From positions 1,020,001-1,052,000 of the forward strand of contig JAIZWK010000001.1 in NCBI GenBank assembly GCA_021498095.1: a DNA stretch of 32,000 bases. Reading direction: 5' to 3'. The DNA comes from Candidatus Harpocratesius repetitus. GTDB lineage: Archaea; Asgardarchaeota; Lokiarchaeia; Sigyniarchaeales; Promethearchaeaceae. The position numbers and the translations under genes are program-made. The notes under the pieces were generated by a model. That model had not been told where the DNA came from. It searched no databases and was given only the letters and a program-made list of their open reading frames with translations. Below, piece after piece: positions 9,258-21,100 of this stretch; within the stretch, counting starts at the first letter, position 1; each line of letters starts with the position of its first letter.

Positions 9258-9637
9258 TTAGATGGATTCCTTCAATTGAACTCATCGAAATAATTTATGA
9301 AAAACAAATTGGAATCCCTGTGCAATATGATAATATGCAACACTTGGAATCAGCCTTGGATATGTGCAAGTGGGGAATTCCCTATAAAGAAAAACAACTC
9401 TCAGTTTATGAAGGTGCTGCAATCTTGATGCGCAACATTACACAATTTCATGTTTTTGTAGATGGTTGTAAGCGCATGGGCATCCTTATTTCTTATATAT
9501 TTTTACGAAAAAATGGTTTTTTATTGGAACCTCAAGATCCAGAAGAAATATTTTTGTTCCCCATGGCAGTTGCCCGTGGAAAACTCTCGCTAAAAGAAAT
9601 ACAATCATGGTTTGAGCTGCATTGTAAAAAAATATAA
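9254..9637 (+). CDS. doc: Fic/Doc family (death-on-curing) toxin
   Basis: LESAL..., AA.LMRNITQFHVFVDGCKRMG (Fic/Doc motif HxFxDGNKR with N->C), FLRKNGF; 127 aa, typical Doc size. Confidence 0.85.
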   Translation: MIRWIPSIELIEIIYEKQIGIPVQYDNMQHLESALDMCKWGIPYKEKQLSVYEGAAILMRNITQFHVFVDGCKRMGILISYIFLRKNGFLLEPQDPEEIFLFPMAVARGKLSLKEIQSWFELHCKKI

Positions 9638-9720
9638 TGTTATTCTTTATGCATAACCAAAGATGATGAAAATTTGCGCCTTAATAATTTAATGATAATT
9701 GTATGAATGTTCCTAAATAA

Positions 9721-10122
9721 ATGTCTATTTTGCTAAATCCTTAAAGTCAGAAAAGTGGAAGACAATTGTTGTATTTTGCAGGAAACACTCGAATATTAGC
9801 CGCTTATTTAATTTTACCGATAATTATGATCTTTTTAACACCAATCTCGTTTAATTTATCAAATATGATTGAATTAAAAGGAATGATAATTATTGAAATA
9901 GGATTTCTTATTTTTATTATTATATATTCTCTTACTAGAACATTCGCTCTTTTCATGAAACAATATGTATCATCCCTGGATCTAGCATTACCCCTTTTTC
10001 CCAATGAAGCGGAACGAATGAATGTTTTTTCAACATCCTTTTTAGTGATTTTTCTGTTTAGTAAAAATAGATTTTCATTTTTCTTTTTCTCAAAACCTTA
10101 TATTTTAGTTAAATCATTTTAA
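9721..10122 (+). pseudogene. Remnant of a membrane transporter (MFS-like)
   Basis: ATG 9721, then an in-frame TAA at 9742-9744, then hydrophobic helices including FLTPISFNLSNMIELKGMIII, which resembles a degenerate MFS motif A. Far too short for an MFS protein. Confidence 0.3.
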
Positions 10123-10127
10123 TAATT

Positions 10128-10991
10128 ATGAGAATATTGATTCTTTATTTTAGTGGTACTGGGAATACAGAATATATTAGCCGTTATATTCAAAATCACC
10201 TGTATACTTCTTTTTTAAGTGATCTCCAAGTTGATCGATTTTCTATAGAATCATTCTCCGTCGATAATATTCAGCAATATGATTTGATTTTTCTCGGTTT
10301 TCCCATATATGCTTTGGATGCTCCGAAAAATGTCTATGAATTTGTAAGAAAACTACCAAATTTAAAAAATAAAGGGATTTTTCTATTCGCAACCATGGGA
10401 ATTATTGCAGGAAATGCTTTTTATCGATTATATTCATCACTAAAATCAACTGAAATAATTCATCTTGGAAGCTTTGCTATAAAAATGCCAGGAACTGATG
10501 GATTGGCAATGTTAAAATCAACATCACGATATGTTAGAAAAGCTCAATCTCGGAATTACTCAAAAATCACTAAACTTGATAAGTATTTCGAAACATTGCC
10601 CCAAATTTTTGAAACATTCGAAAAAGAACATTCTTTTATCTCATTCGCTGTTAAACCTCCTCGATATATAATTGATACATTATTTGGATGGATGTTTCGG
10701 ATGCTCTATAAATTAATGGAAGGTTCCATTAAAAAGCAATTTTGGGTTGATGATAACTGCACTAAATGTCAGTTGTGCGTAAAACAATGCCCTGTTAACA
10801 ATATTCGGTTAGAAGCGGATAGGATTACATTTGGAACAGATTGTATTGTTTGTTTGCGTTGTATTCATCAATGTCCTACTGAATCAATTCAAATTGGAAA
10901 ATCCACGATTGGAAAATTTCGATGGCATGGGCCACTTGGAGATTTTCATCCATTATCCAATAAAAATAAGGAGAAAAAGGAATCAAACTAA
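10128..10991 (+). CDS. EFR1-family flavodoxin-ferredoxin (N-terminal flavodoxin + 2x[4Fe-4S])
   Basis: ILYFSGTGNT FMN-binding motif, GFPIYA, and CTKCQLCVKQCP plus CIVCLRCIHQCP cluster motifs. Confidence 0.93.
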   Translation: MRILILYFSGTGNTEYISRYIQNHLYTSFLSDLQVDRFSIESFSVDNIQQYDLIFLGFPIYALDAPKNVYEFVRKLPNLKNKGIFLFATMGIIAGNAFYRLYSSLKSTEIIHLGSFAIKMPGTDGLAMLKSTSRYVRKAQSRNYSKITKLDKYFETLPQIFETFEKEHSFISFAVKPPRYIIDTLFGWMFRMLYKLMEGSIKKQFWVDDNCTKCQLCVKQCPVNNIRLEADRITFGTDCIVCLRCIHQCPTESIQIGKSTIGKFRWHGPLGDFHPLSNKNKEKKESN

Positions 10992-10992
10992 G

Positions 10993-11015
10993 AAAAAAAG
11001 AGTAAGAGAAAAAAG
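10993..11015 (-). terminator. Oligo(T) terminator downstream of the PhoU-like gene
   Basis: Two T7 runs on the minus strand directly after the stop at 11021, in a convergent gap. Confidence 0.45.
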
Positions 11016-11020
11016 CACTT

Positions 11021-12073
11021 TTAATCAGAATCGTCTGATACTTCTTTTTCCTGTTGTTTTGTTAATATATCATTTATTCGAATCTCAGCGATATCTCCGC
11101 AAATATTACTTATTCTCCGGATTGGTATCAAGTATTCAGTGTCAGGATGATCTTCATATATTATTCTTTTAACTTCATCAGCATATTTTTTTATTTTTTC
11201 AGTAAGTAACCAGAGTTCCAAGGAGTTTTTACGCCAGAAATAATCTTGAAGTGTATAAAATGTTTCTCTTGTGCGATATAAATGTTCAAGAATGAAGTGC
11301 CTATCATGAAGTGGTTGATTTTTTGTAACTTTAACTAATTTAGTTATATGATCTCCAATTCTTTCAATCAGTCGCGTAGTTTCTGAATAGTGCAGGCATT
11401 CGACTGAAGTTACATTAATATTTCTACCTAAACTTGGAAAATTGAGTATTTGGTGTACGTATCTTTCTATTGCATATCTGTATTCATCAATTTGATTGTC
11501 TTGTTCTTCTAATTGGTCTAATTCATCATTCAAATCAGTGATTGAATCTAATTCTTCAACAATTTCAATATAATTATTGATCAATAATCCAACTTTGTTT
11601 AGTACCTGCTTACTTAGCACATGAAGATTAACTTCATCAAAGTGTTCTTCTACGACAATCTCGTTGCGCGTCTCCGATATTACTACCATTCCATAGAGTT
11701 TTTGGGTTAACTTATGTATCCTATTCTTGATTTTAGTTGGAATTTTATTTTGCTTTCTGACAATTATAGTTCTATAGCCTATAATATAAGCTGTGAGATA
11801 TAAGTTAAAAAGATATTCTATAAACTGTTCTTCGTCTAATTTCAAACCATCGTTTAAGTTTAAATCTAAATCAATAACATAGGTGGTCATTAATTCTGGT
11901 GCGGTCATATCTGAGCGAATAAGAAGAGAATCATCAGATAACTGCTTTAGAAATACCCTCTTATCTTCAGATACTCCATATTTTCGACACCAGCTTTTTG
12001 GCAAATAGATATAAAATGATCCCTTAACTTCTTGAACCTTCTTTTGTTCAAAATGATCGAAACTGTTGCTCAT
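11021..12073 (-). CDS. phoU: Archaeal phosphate-uptake regulator (N-terminal AbrB/MazE domain + PhoU domains)
   Basis: KKVQEVKGSFYIYLPKSWCRKYG..DKRVFL..DDSLLI (AbrB-like). PhoU signatures EEQDNQIDEYR and RLIERIGDH/RRISNICGDIAE. ATG 12073 is preferred over TTG 12088. Confidence 0.8.
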   Translation of the reverse strand: MSNSFDHFEQKKVQEVKGSFYIYLPKSWCRKYGVSEDKRVFLKQLSDDSLLIRSDMTAPELMTTYVIDLDLNLNDGLKLDEEQFIEYLFNLYLTAYIIGYRTIIVRKQNKIPTKIKNRIHKLTQKLYGMVVISETRNEIVVEEHFDEVNLHVLSKQVLNKVGLLINNYIEIVEELDSITDLNDELDQLEEQDNQIDEYRYAIERYVHQILNFPSLGRNINVTSVECLHYSETTRLIERIGDHITKLVKVTKNQPLHDRHFILEHLYRTRETFYTLQDYFWRKNSLELWLLTEKIKKYADEVKRIIYEDHPDTEYLIPIRRISNICGDIAEIRINDILTKQQEKEVSDDSD

Positions 12074-12154
12074 TTTCTGAGGAATCAAAATTAACCATAT
12101 GGTAAAAAGATAAGTCTTTTGGTAAAGATTATCCTAAAAAAAATGAAAATAGAT

Positions 12155-15100
12155 TTAAAAATAGTATTCTTGCAAAATGAAGAATATTGTTAATAAGAAA
12201 TCGATAATGGCTATTAAAGAGCTCCATAATCGCCATTGCATTGATAAATGGTATATCTCTTCTGATTTTCTTACAGCCCAAATAACATATCCAAAGAAAC
12301 CAAGTAGGATTAAAGTGAAGATCCATGCACGTAGAGGGATAATATTATTTGACAGTAGTGTTCCAAATAAACAAATAAATACTAATAAGCGATAGAGTAG
12401 CTTCTTACCAAAATTTGCTTGAGTGGTTTCTTTTTCTCGTTCTGGGGAAACATAATAGATTATTGCTAAAAACACCAATCCTGAAATAAAGATGTCAGAA
12501 ATAATAAGATACATTCCAATAGCGCCTGTTAGTCCCATTAATGAGAGCACTAACTTTATGTGTTTTTCAATCCAATTCACAACTGCAAAATAGAGACGAA
12601 TAATTCCATCAATTAGCCAACGGAAAAAGTGTATCACTCTCTTGCCAATATGCTTGATAAAATCTATGAACCTTTCCAAGAAAAACAAAATAGGATAAAG
12701 AATGATTGCAAATGAGAGAATAATGAAGGCTAGAATTATCATATTTTGTCCAATAATAAATAAAAAGAGTTCTATGACCATAATAAAGTAAAGAATTTGG
12801 TTTAATTGTTTGTTTCTTAATTTAAAGTACAGTGCTATAGCAACGACTGCTGTAATTAAAAATAGCATTCCTGGAATTATTGTTAATATGTAATAATTAG
12901 GCGGATAAGTTATTGGTGGAGTTTCTTTAATAAATGAAGGTAAAATTAAAAATAAAAAGAATCCCAAGGTTGATGTACTTGAAATGATGAATATAATAAA
13001 AAGAATTAATTCAATCTTTTTTATAATTTTCACACTGATAGAATGAATCTTTTTATAATCTAAATAACCAACAAGATAAAATACTAAAAATATTTCTGAT
13101 ATAAGCACCAAGCGAGTGAAAATTAAGGAATCGAAGTATTCTTTACCTTCTGATAGGTTCAATTCAATTAATGCATTCAATATTAAAGCCGTTGATAGAA
13201 TATAGGTTACCCAAATTAACGAATGCTTTAGATGGGTAAAAAGGCTTGATGTTGGGTCTATTAACAACTTAATTGTATAAAATCCTTCAAAAGTAAAGAT
13301 AAGTAAAACAAAATATATTTTGTAGGTATTGATATTAGGTAGAAAGAATAGCATTCCACAGACAATTGAAAGAAGATTGAAGGAAATCCATGAGATTTGC
13401 ATGTAATGTGATATATACTTTTTAAATTTCATAAAATTCATCCAATTTTCAAACTCTACAATTATGTGGATGAATCCATTGATTAATAAAATTGCAAGAT
13501 ATGGGTTTAAAATACGCCCAATTGTAATTCCAAACCATAATATGAATGAACTATATATTCCGATAAAACTTAACCGATATATTGGCAAATAATTTAATGA
13601 GTGTGCATAACGTGTTTGTTGTAATAATGCCAAGAAGATAAAGAATGGAATGATATAAATCCATTGTTCAGACACTGCAATTAATAGGATACAAGCAGCT
13701 GCTCCCGCAATAATAAGAAGAATTAATGAAATTCTCTCAATTCGGTTAACATCCAAAAATTTATTGATTTTCAATTCCCCAACTGCCAGGATTAAGAACA
13801 TTGTAATCGAACAACATATGATTAGGAGATTAAGGAGATAAAAGGATGGGAAAGAGATTAAAGAAAGTGTAAATATTAAAATGCTAATTATTGCACAAAC
13901 TACATAAAATAGGATTGAAATTACCTGCAAAAATTTAAGAGAAGAAGTTTTGGATTTCAAACCTAACAAGTTTAATTGATATCGATTTGAATATCGAATC
14001 ATTACATTAAGAGCGATAAGATAAACTCCTATCATCAACAACAAACTAATTCCCCAATTAATTGTTGAAAAACTTGAGCCAAAATAATCAACAGCAGTTG
14101 GAACTATTGAAGGTAAAATATAATTGAAAATAAGTATAAGCAAACTGAAAGTGCATGCAGGGAAAATTAGCATCCAAACTGCATTGATATAGCGCAATAC
14201 CTCAGGGGATTTAAATATCTTTATAGAAGCTGGGATTTTTTCCCATTTAATTGCCAAATCTTTAGTATGAATTTTGGTAGAGTCGAATTCACTAAATACT
14301 TCGTAATTTTCAAACGATTTTGTTGATCTTGCTTCTTTTATTTGAAGATAATTCTTTACCTGTGTATGATTGTTCCTTGTTTCTAAAATTATTGTAAAAA
14401 AGATACTAAAAACAAATAGAACCAGTAATGCCTTAAATATTAAGAGTGAACTATAATCCCCAATTCTGAATAATACCCAATCACTAAATATATATTGAGT
14501 TAACATACCCAATATTGAAAATTGGCGAAGACTCCAAATAAATGTCGAAGTTGTTGTCTTTTTTGTTTCACTTAAATACAAAATTGAAAAAATGAATACA
14601 AAAGCACTCCAATTAAAGATAAGAGCAGATGAATTCAGATTTTGTAGTAATATTTCAATTAACAATGCTAAACAGAATTTCCAGAATAATCTTATATATT
14701 TTTTACCAAAATCAGGAATAGTTCGGCTTGAAATGGATAAATAAAAGAAACCTATTGAAATTAAGAGGTCTATCAACAAAATTTGAAACACTTTATTTAA
14801 TTCCACTGAAAAAATTCCAAGCAATCTTAATAGTATTTGGAATATTAATGTAGAGACCATAAGAAATGTAATATATAACCAGATTGCCCCCCCCTTAAAG
14901 AAAAATTTGCCTTTCTTCCAAGGAACGTCAATGTTTTTTAAGTAATCCCAAATAAAAGTTCCATATAATAAGAAAATAAACAAGATTAAATTAATAAAAA
15001 CCGTTATTTTATAAAATGTTGAGGTTTGATTTAACACATTAAGTTTCCAGATGATAAAATAAGCAATTCTGCTGAAAAACCCTGTGAAAATTAAAGAATA

Positions 15101-18100
15101 TACACATAACCACAAAATAAAAATAGTGACTCTCTGGTCTTTATTGTTTGAACCATGTAATATAATATTATAATTAATTTTCTTCTGTTTTATGCTAGAA
15201 TCTTGTGAATTCAAAGAATTATGCCCTGTTTCCCCATAAAAAGTAATCAATAGTAGTTCTATCGTATAAAAAAAGCCAAAAATAAAGGAATACCAGATTA
15301 TAGAATCAAATAATGAAAGTTCTGTTAATATAATCATAGTAATAACTAAATAAAAACTGTTGCAGAGAAGATTTGCATTTATTGCCCAAAATGTATAAAC
15401 CCGAATTGGATTTGAGATATAACGTAAATTTAGCATGCATAAAATGACCAAACTTAAAGAAATGTTTGTTAATGGCAGAATTGTGGTATTTAATCGGAGT
15501 ATTTCAAAAATGTAGAGTGTTAAAGAAAGACTTGCTGTAAATTTAATCGTTTCATATATTTGTTTAATGAAATACTTAGTATTCATTAAAATCAAAAATA
15601 CTACACTTAGAATAAGGAAATTAAGCATCAATTTTGCAAAGTGAATATGTAGAATTTCACCAGAAATATCCATAAGTGCCCAGAGATGACTAAATAAAAG
15701 TAATCCAAAAGTATACAGAGCAACCTGTTTGATTATCGCAGAATTTTTTAAGAATTGATATTTAAAATTCCATTCTATTCCTTGTATTCTCAAATTATTG
15801 AGAAAATATAACCATCCTAAAGAAATTAATGTTGAAAAACTACATGTCCAAAGAACTATTTGATATATAATAGAATCTGTGGTATTTTCAACTAATTGCA
15901 CAAAAATTCTATTCCAAAACTGGTTGATCGCAATAATTGATAAAGTAATGCATAGTGATATGAATTGTTGGTAAAGAGAAATAATGTTTTCTGATAAAAT
16001 GAATCTTTTATTACTTTCAGCTTTTTCATTTCCACTTTTATTAATATTATAATCAATTTTTTCAGATTTATTGGTATTTTCATCAAAAGTGTCATCAGAC
16101 ATTGAAATAACTATTGCTGGGAAAATAGAATGATGATATAAACCTGAATCAGCTGAAATAATTATTCTTTTATCTATTAATTTTGTAATTACTAAATGAA
16201 GCACTCCACTAAATATTCCAATGAAAAAGAGAATGCTTTCAAATAAAGTAAACGATATTTGGGTTAATGAAATGATTAATATCCCCAAATTAAATAGAAA
16301 TACTGAGAAAGAAAAGCTTAATAATCCCCAGAAGGCAATTACTTGCTTATTTGAGCGGATTAATCGATTACTTGCAAGCGAAAACATTGCAAGAAATACC
16401 GCTGAAATATTGATAATTTCGAGTAATAAGCTAATTGGTTGATTTGTAAATGATCTGAATCCTTCTGCAATTAAAGCAGCCAAAACAAGGTTTAATTGAA
16501 ATGCAAGTGCTTTACGGGTTTTTTGAGGTAAGATATTAATTCGCACAAAGAAATAATCGATAGAAGTTACAATTAATCCTATAAATATCAAGTTAAACAA
16601 GAATAAATTTCCAATTGATGGAGAAAGATTAAACGATATGTAGAGTATCCAAAATAGACTAATATTCAATAATATTGTATTTCCAATAATTAACCATATA
16701 TGAAATTGGAATAAATGAATTCTGTTGATTAAATATAATGTATAAAATGTAATTGATGTAAATAAAAGTAAGCCTAACTGCCATGAATTCCACAAAAGAT
16801 AAGAAAGAGATGAGAGAAGCAAACTAAATGTAAACACAAGTATCCATTGCATTTGTAATCGAAATCTTTTAGGAATTGATTTAACAAAATACTGATCAAT
16901 ACCAATTATGCATGCATACAATGATGAAATAAAAATTAAAGTACGATTAAGAAAAATTTCAATTAAGTCTAAACTATTTAAATTTGAAATATATCTTATT
17001 TCTACAGGAAAGTTTAATGCTAAAATGAGTGAATCAAATACATAAACAAATTGTATAATAATCGTTTGAATAGTGGAGAGCATTTTATGAATTTCTCTTA
17101 AATCTTGTAGAATTACTGATTTCTTCACATAAAATATTATCAAAAGGGAAAAGATAATCAAACAATTAAATAAAAGTGCTGCAAAATTAAACCACACGAA
17201 ATTAAAATGAATATGTAAAGAAAGAACAAAATTGATAGAACTTGATATTGAAAATAGAGTCCAAACAGCCAAGTATAATAAGTAATTCTTCATTTTATTG
17301 GAGAAGATTCCAAATCTAATCATTTTATATCCAATAAAGCTGATTCCAAGAAAAATCGCGAGAAGAATGTTAATAAAAGTAAGAGAAGGTTGAATTTGAG
17401 CAAGATTCCAAATAGAGATTGCAGATTGATTCAGAATTAATCCAATTGCGGTTCCAATAATCAAAATTGGAATTATCAATCGAGTACGGAGTAATGGAAA
17501 AGAAATAAATGTAAATACAATAAGCAAGATTCCTGTTGATGCCCACACTCCTACATTGAAAGCAGTAAGGAAAATCTCAAAAGCAGCCAGTCCAAAAGAC
17601 AATGACATGAAAAACCAGCTAATTTGGTATAATTCTTTCAAAAGATAGTCTTTCACTTGGAATAATAGAAGTATTGCCCAGAAAAATGCGCATCCAATGA
17701 AAATACCAAAAAGATTTAAATTAACGGCTGAAATCAAATTAAAAACTCGCCAGATAACAACTCCTGTACTAAAAGCTAAACAGAATGAGAAAATAGGCTT
17801 AAGAATTTTAGTCTCTATCTTAAAGTATTTTCCTGGAATCAAAGCAAAGCTCATAATAATTAGTGTAATTGATGCTGAAATAATCCAATCGTAAAATATT
17901 ATGACTACAAATGAATATAATAAGGCAAAAAGGCTTCCAAACATAATGATATAGCTGGAAATTGTAAAGGTCAAATATAAAAGCGGTTTCTTGTTTTTTA
18001 TTAATGGAAAATTGGTATAAATAATAAGATAAATTCCAAACAATAAGAAATTAAGAGGAATCTCCCATTGCAATCCAAAATTGAAATATAATGAGAAGAA

Positions 18101-21100
18101 AACTATATTTAAACCACATGCCAATGGCCAAAGATACATTAAAAGTTGCCATCGTTTTCTAAAATAATAATATGGAATAATTACTGCAATTGTTATCAAT
18201 CCAACAAATGGGATTTGTAATATGAATTCTGTAGGAAAAAGATTAACAGATGCCCAATAAGCTAATAAAAGCAGTTCAGTCCAAAAGGCGTAAACAAAAT
18301 AATCAATATATTGCTTTAACTTGGTGAGAAGATATGGTAAATACAATAAGGAGCACACCACAATGGAGAGAACAATCGAACCTGATAATGATAAATTAGA
18401 TAGTTTTATTGCCATTGTGTATTGGTCGATGTTTGTGACCGCTTCAAAAATTAAGACAAAATTTACAATAGGAACAAAAAGCCATGCAGTAGCTCCTTTT
18501 ATCCATATTTCTTTTGTGAATTGATGTAAATATAATCCTACTCCAATAAAATAGATAAAAATAAAGAAATCTAAAGCGATTGGAACAGCTATTTTGATAG
18601 ATAACTGAATTAGATTTGGTTCAACTAGCAATAAGAAAATATTTGAAGAAAATCCCGCACCTGAAAAGAATAGAGTCATTTTAACCATTTCAGGACGAAT
18701 AGGAATATCAAAGTGATCATAATAGTAAAAATAAACCAACAGCGTCGACCCAATTCCTAAGGTGATACTTAATACGATAGAATAAATTAATGAATAGAAA
18801 AGATAACAATATCCAATTGAAAGGAAAAATATTAATGTATGGGCAAAAATAATGCCTGTAAAGATTGACTTTTGTCGCTGAGAAGTAGTTGTTTTTCGTA
18901 ATAAATATATTAAAGAAAGAGCAATTCCAAATACTACAGGAGCAATATAACGCATTACAATGAAATAATCGAAGAGAAGCAAACTAAATGCAAGAACTCC
19001 CATTCCATAGGCAAAATACCCTAAAATAGTTTTTAAAAGATTATGTCGCCATGTTTTTGAAACTCCACATAGAATCCATTCACCAAGTGTACCGATAGTG
19101 ATGCTTGCTGTTATACTTAAGTACCAAGAAATGGAATAATAAGCCATTAAGTTATATAGGAAAAATATAATAGAACTTACAAATAAGGTTACGAAGAATA
19201 GATTTAAATAACTACGTGGAGAAAACATCATGAATAAACTGCCTGTAATTAGCAAAATTAAGCTAATTATTAGCGGTAACTGTGAAACAATTGACCAATA
19301 GAGAGTTAGGATCACAAAGTTTTCAATATTTATTATCTCTTTTGGACGTGGAAGGAGAGAAGTTGTTAATCTGTGAAGACTTCCAATAAACACAATAGCA
19401 AAAACAAAGTATACGTAAAAATTAATTGGTTGGAAATAAGAATAAATAAGATAATAAAAGATATTAATGAGAACAATCGAAAAGTTAATAGTAAATCGAT
19501 CTTCTTTTGCCCCGAGTGATTTTATTAGATAGAAAATTCCTAATAAATTAAAGCTCAGCGCTGAAATCAATGAAATATGATTTAATAAAACAATACGAAT
19601 CCAAAAATACGAAAGAAGCACTCCAGCAAATATCATTATTCCTTGAATTATATTATTATACTTTTTATGAAAACTGTCTATAACTGTAAAACCAACCGGT
19701 ATTTGTTCTATTTTTTGTGGTATTTCTGAAGGATTATGGCTTAAATTTGCTTTAATCTGATTTTCTATTGGAGTATTCGGAGATTCTCTTACATCAACTA
19801 TAACATTGCTTTTTTTGATTTCATTAGTTAATTTTTGTTTTTCTTGAATTTCCACGTATATATCTATGAAATTTTCGTAAAATGCTTCTGATTTTCTTAA
19901 TGCAAAATAAATTTCAGGCAGAGCAACCAAACTAAAAACAAAAATTTGAGATTCGATATTAAATGCAATTAAATCAGAAATTACCCAAGCAATACTAAAA
20001 CTTGAAAAGATATAAACAAAAGATTGAGCTACAATGTGGAGCTTTCTATTCATAAAGAGGTGTAAATGGCTTTTATCATAAAATAGAGCAGCGATTAAAA
20101 TTAGACTCATAAAAATCAAAAAGAAATATGGAGATATCACATTATTGGTCCCAAAGAATATAATTGCAAGTAGATTTAGGACTAATAATGAAAAACTACC
20201 TTGAAGTAGGTGGAAAGATAGTTTTTCATGAATTCTCCCCTTTCTAAATACTTTAAGAGCAAAATAAGTACAGCTGATGGGAAAAAGAAGAACAATACTA
20301 AAAATTAGAAAAGAAGCACCATCATTAGTAAGAGGAATACAATAATGAACCAATGCTCCAAATAACAACCAACCAGTAGTAACAATGATGAATCCTAATG
20401 TTTCATACCAAATTGATACAGGAATGCACTTTTTGAAATATGGAACACTTAAAATAAGTGCATCTAAAAAGATAAAGCCAAAGAATACTGAGGTTATCCA
20501 TCTTGTTCCAAATTGAATATGCAAAAATGTTGTTAAAATTGAGAATAACTCAAATAATATCATTCTTTTAATAAATAGAACAATTTGAAAGAAATGCTTA
20601 TTTAAGTAAGATTGAATATTAGCAATTTTGGATAGAATAAAAGTAATATAAAGTTGATTAAGAATAATAAGTCCAACAAATAAATCCCAACGAAAAGGTA
20701 CAGTGAATAAAATCCCAAATGAAACACACAAGACTGTAATATATGAATAGAGATAGAATTCTATTATGAAAACATGTTGATATTTTGAATCTTCCTGAAT
20801 TTTCCTATTCCTTTGATTAAAATATAGAAAAATACCAGGTAATATCATATTTATTGCCACAATAAAGAACCAATTTCCTGAAGGAATCATAGATTTCATT
20901 AGGTTAAAATCATAGAACCCAGATAGATGACTAAAGAGAAGAATTCCTGCTAAAATCATAGAATAGATCTGGATATGCAATAAAGTGAAATAGATTGATT
21001 CCCAAGTCTTTGTCTTGATAAGTTTAAATTCTTGAAATTTTTCAATATTGTGTTTAATTAAAGGTAAGAAATATTGAAATCCTAAAATAACAAGATAAAA

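Noticed and set aside
5707-9744. Stop-codon reassignment or readthrough (in-frame TAA at 5707, 7891, 8252, 9742)
   Set aside because: TAA is the normal terminator of intact genes here (mutS, MTase, dprA, Doc, EFR1). The same broken genes also have frameshifts or truncations, so decay explains them better.
4649-11172. Track ORFs 4649-4855, 8576-8794, 8595-8804, 9804-10004 and 10831-11172
   Set aside because: They overlap better-supported genes or pseudogenes and have low-complexity, non-family sequences.
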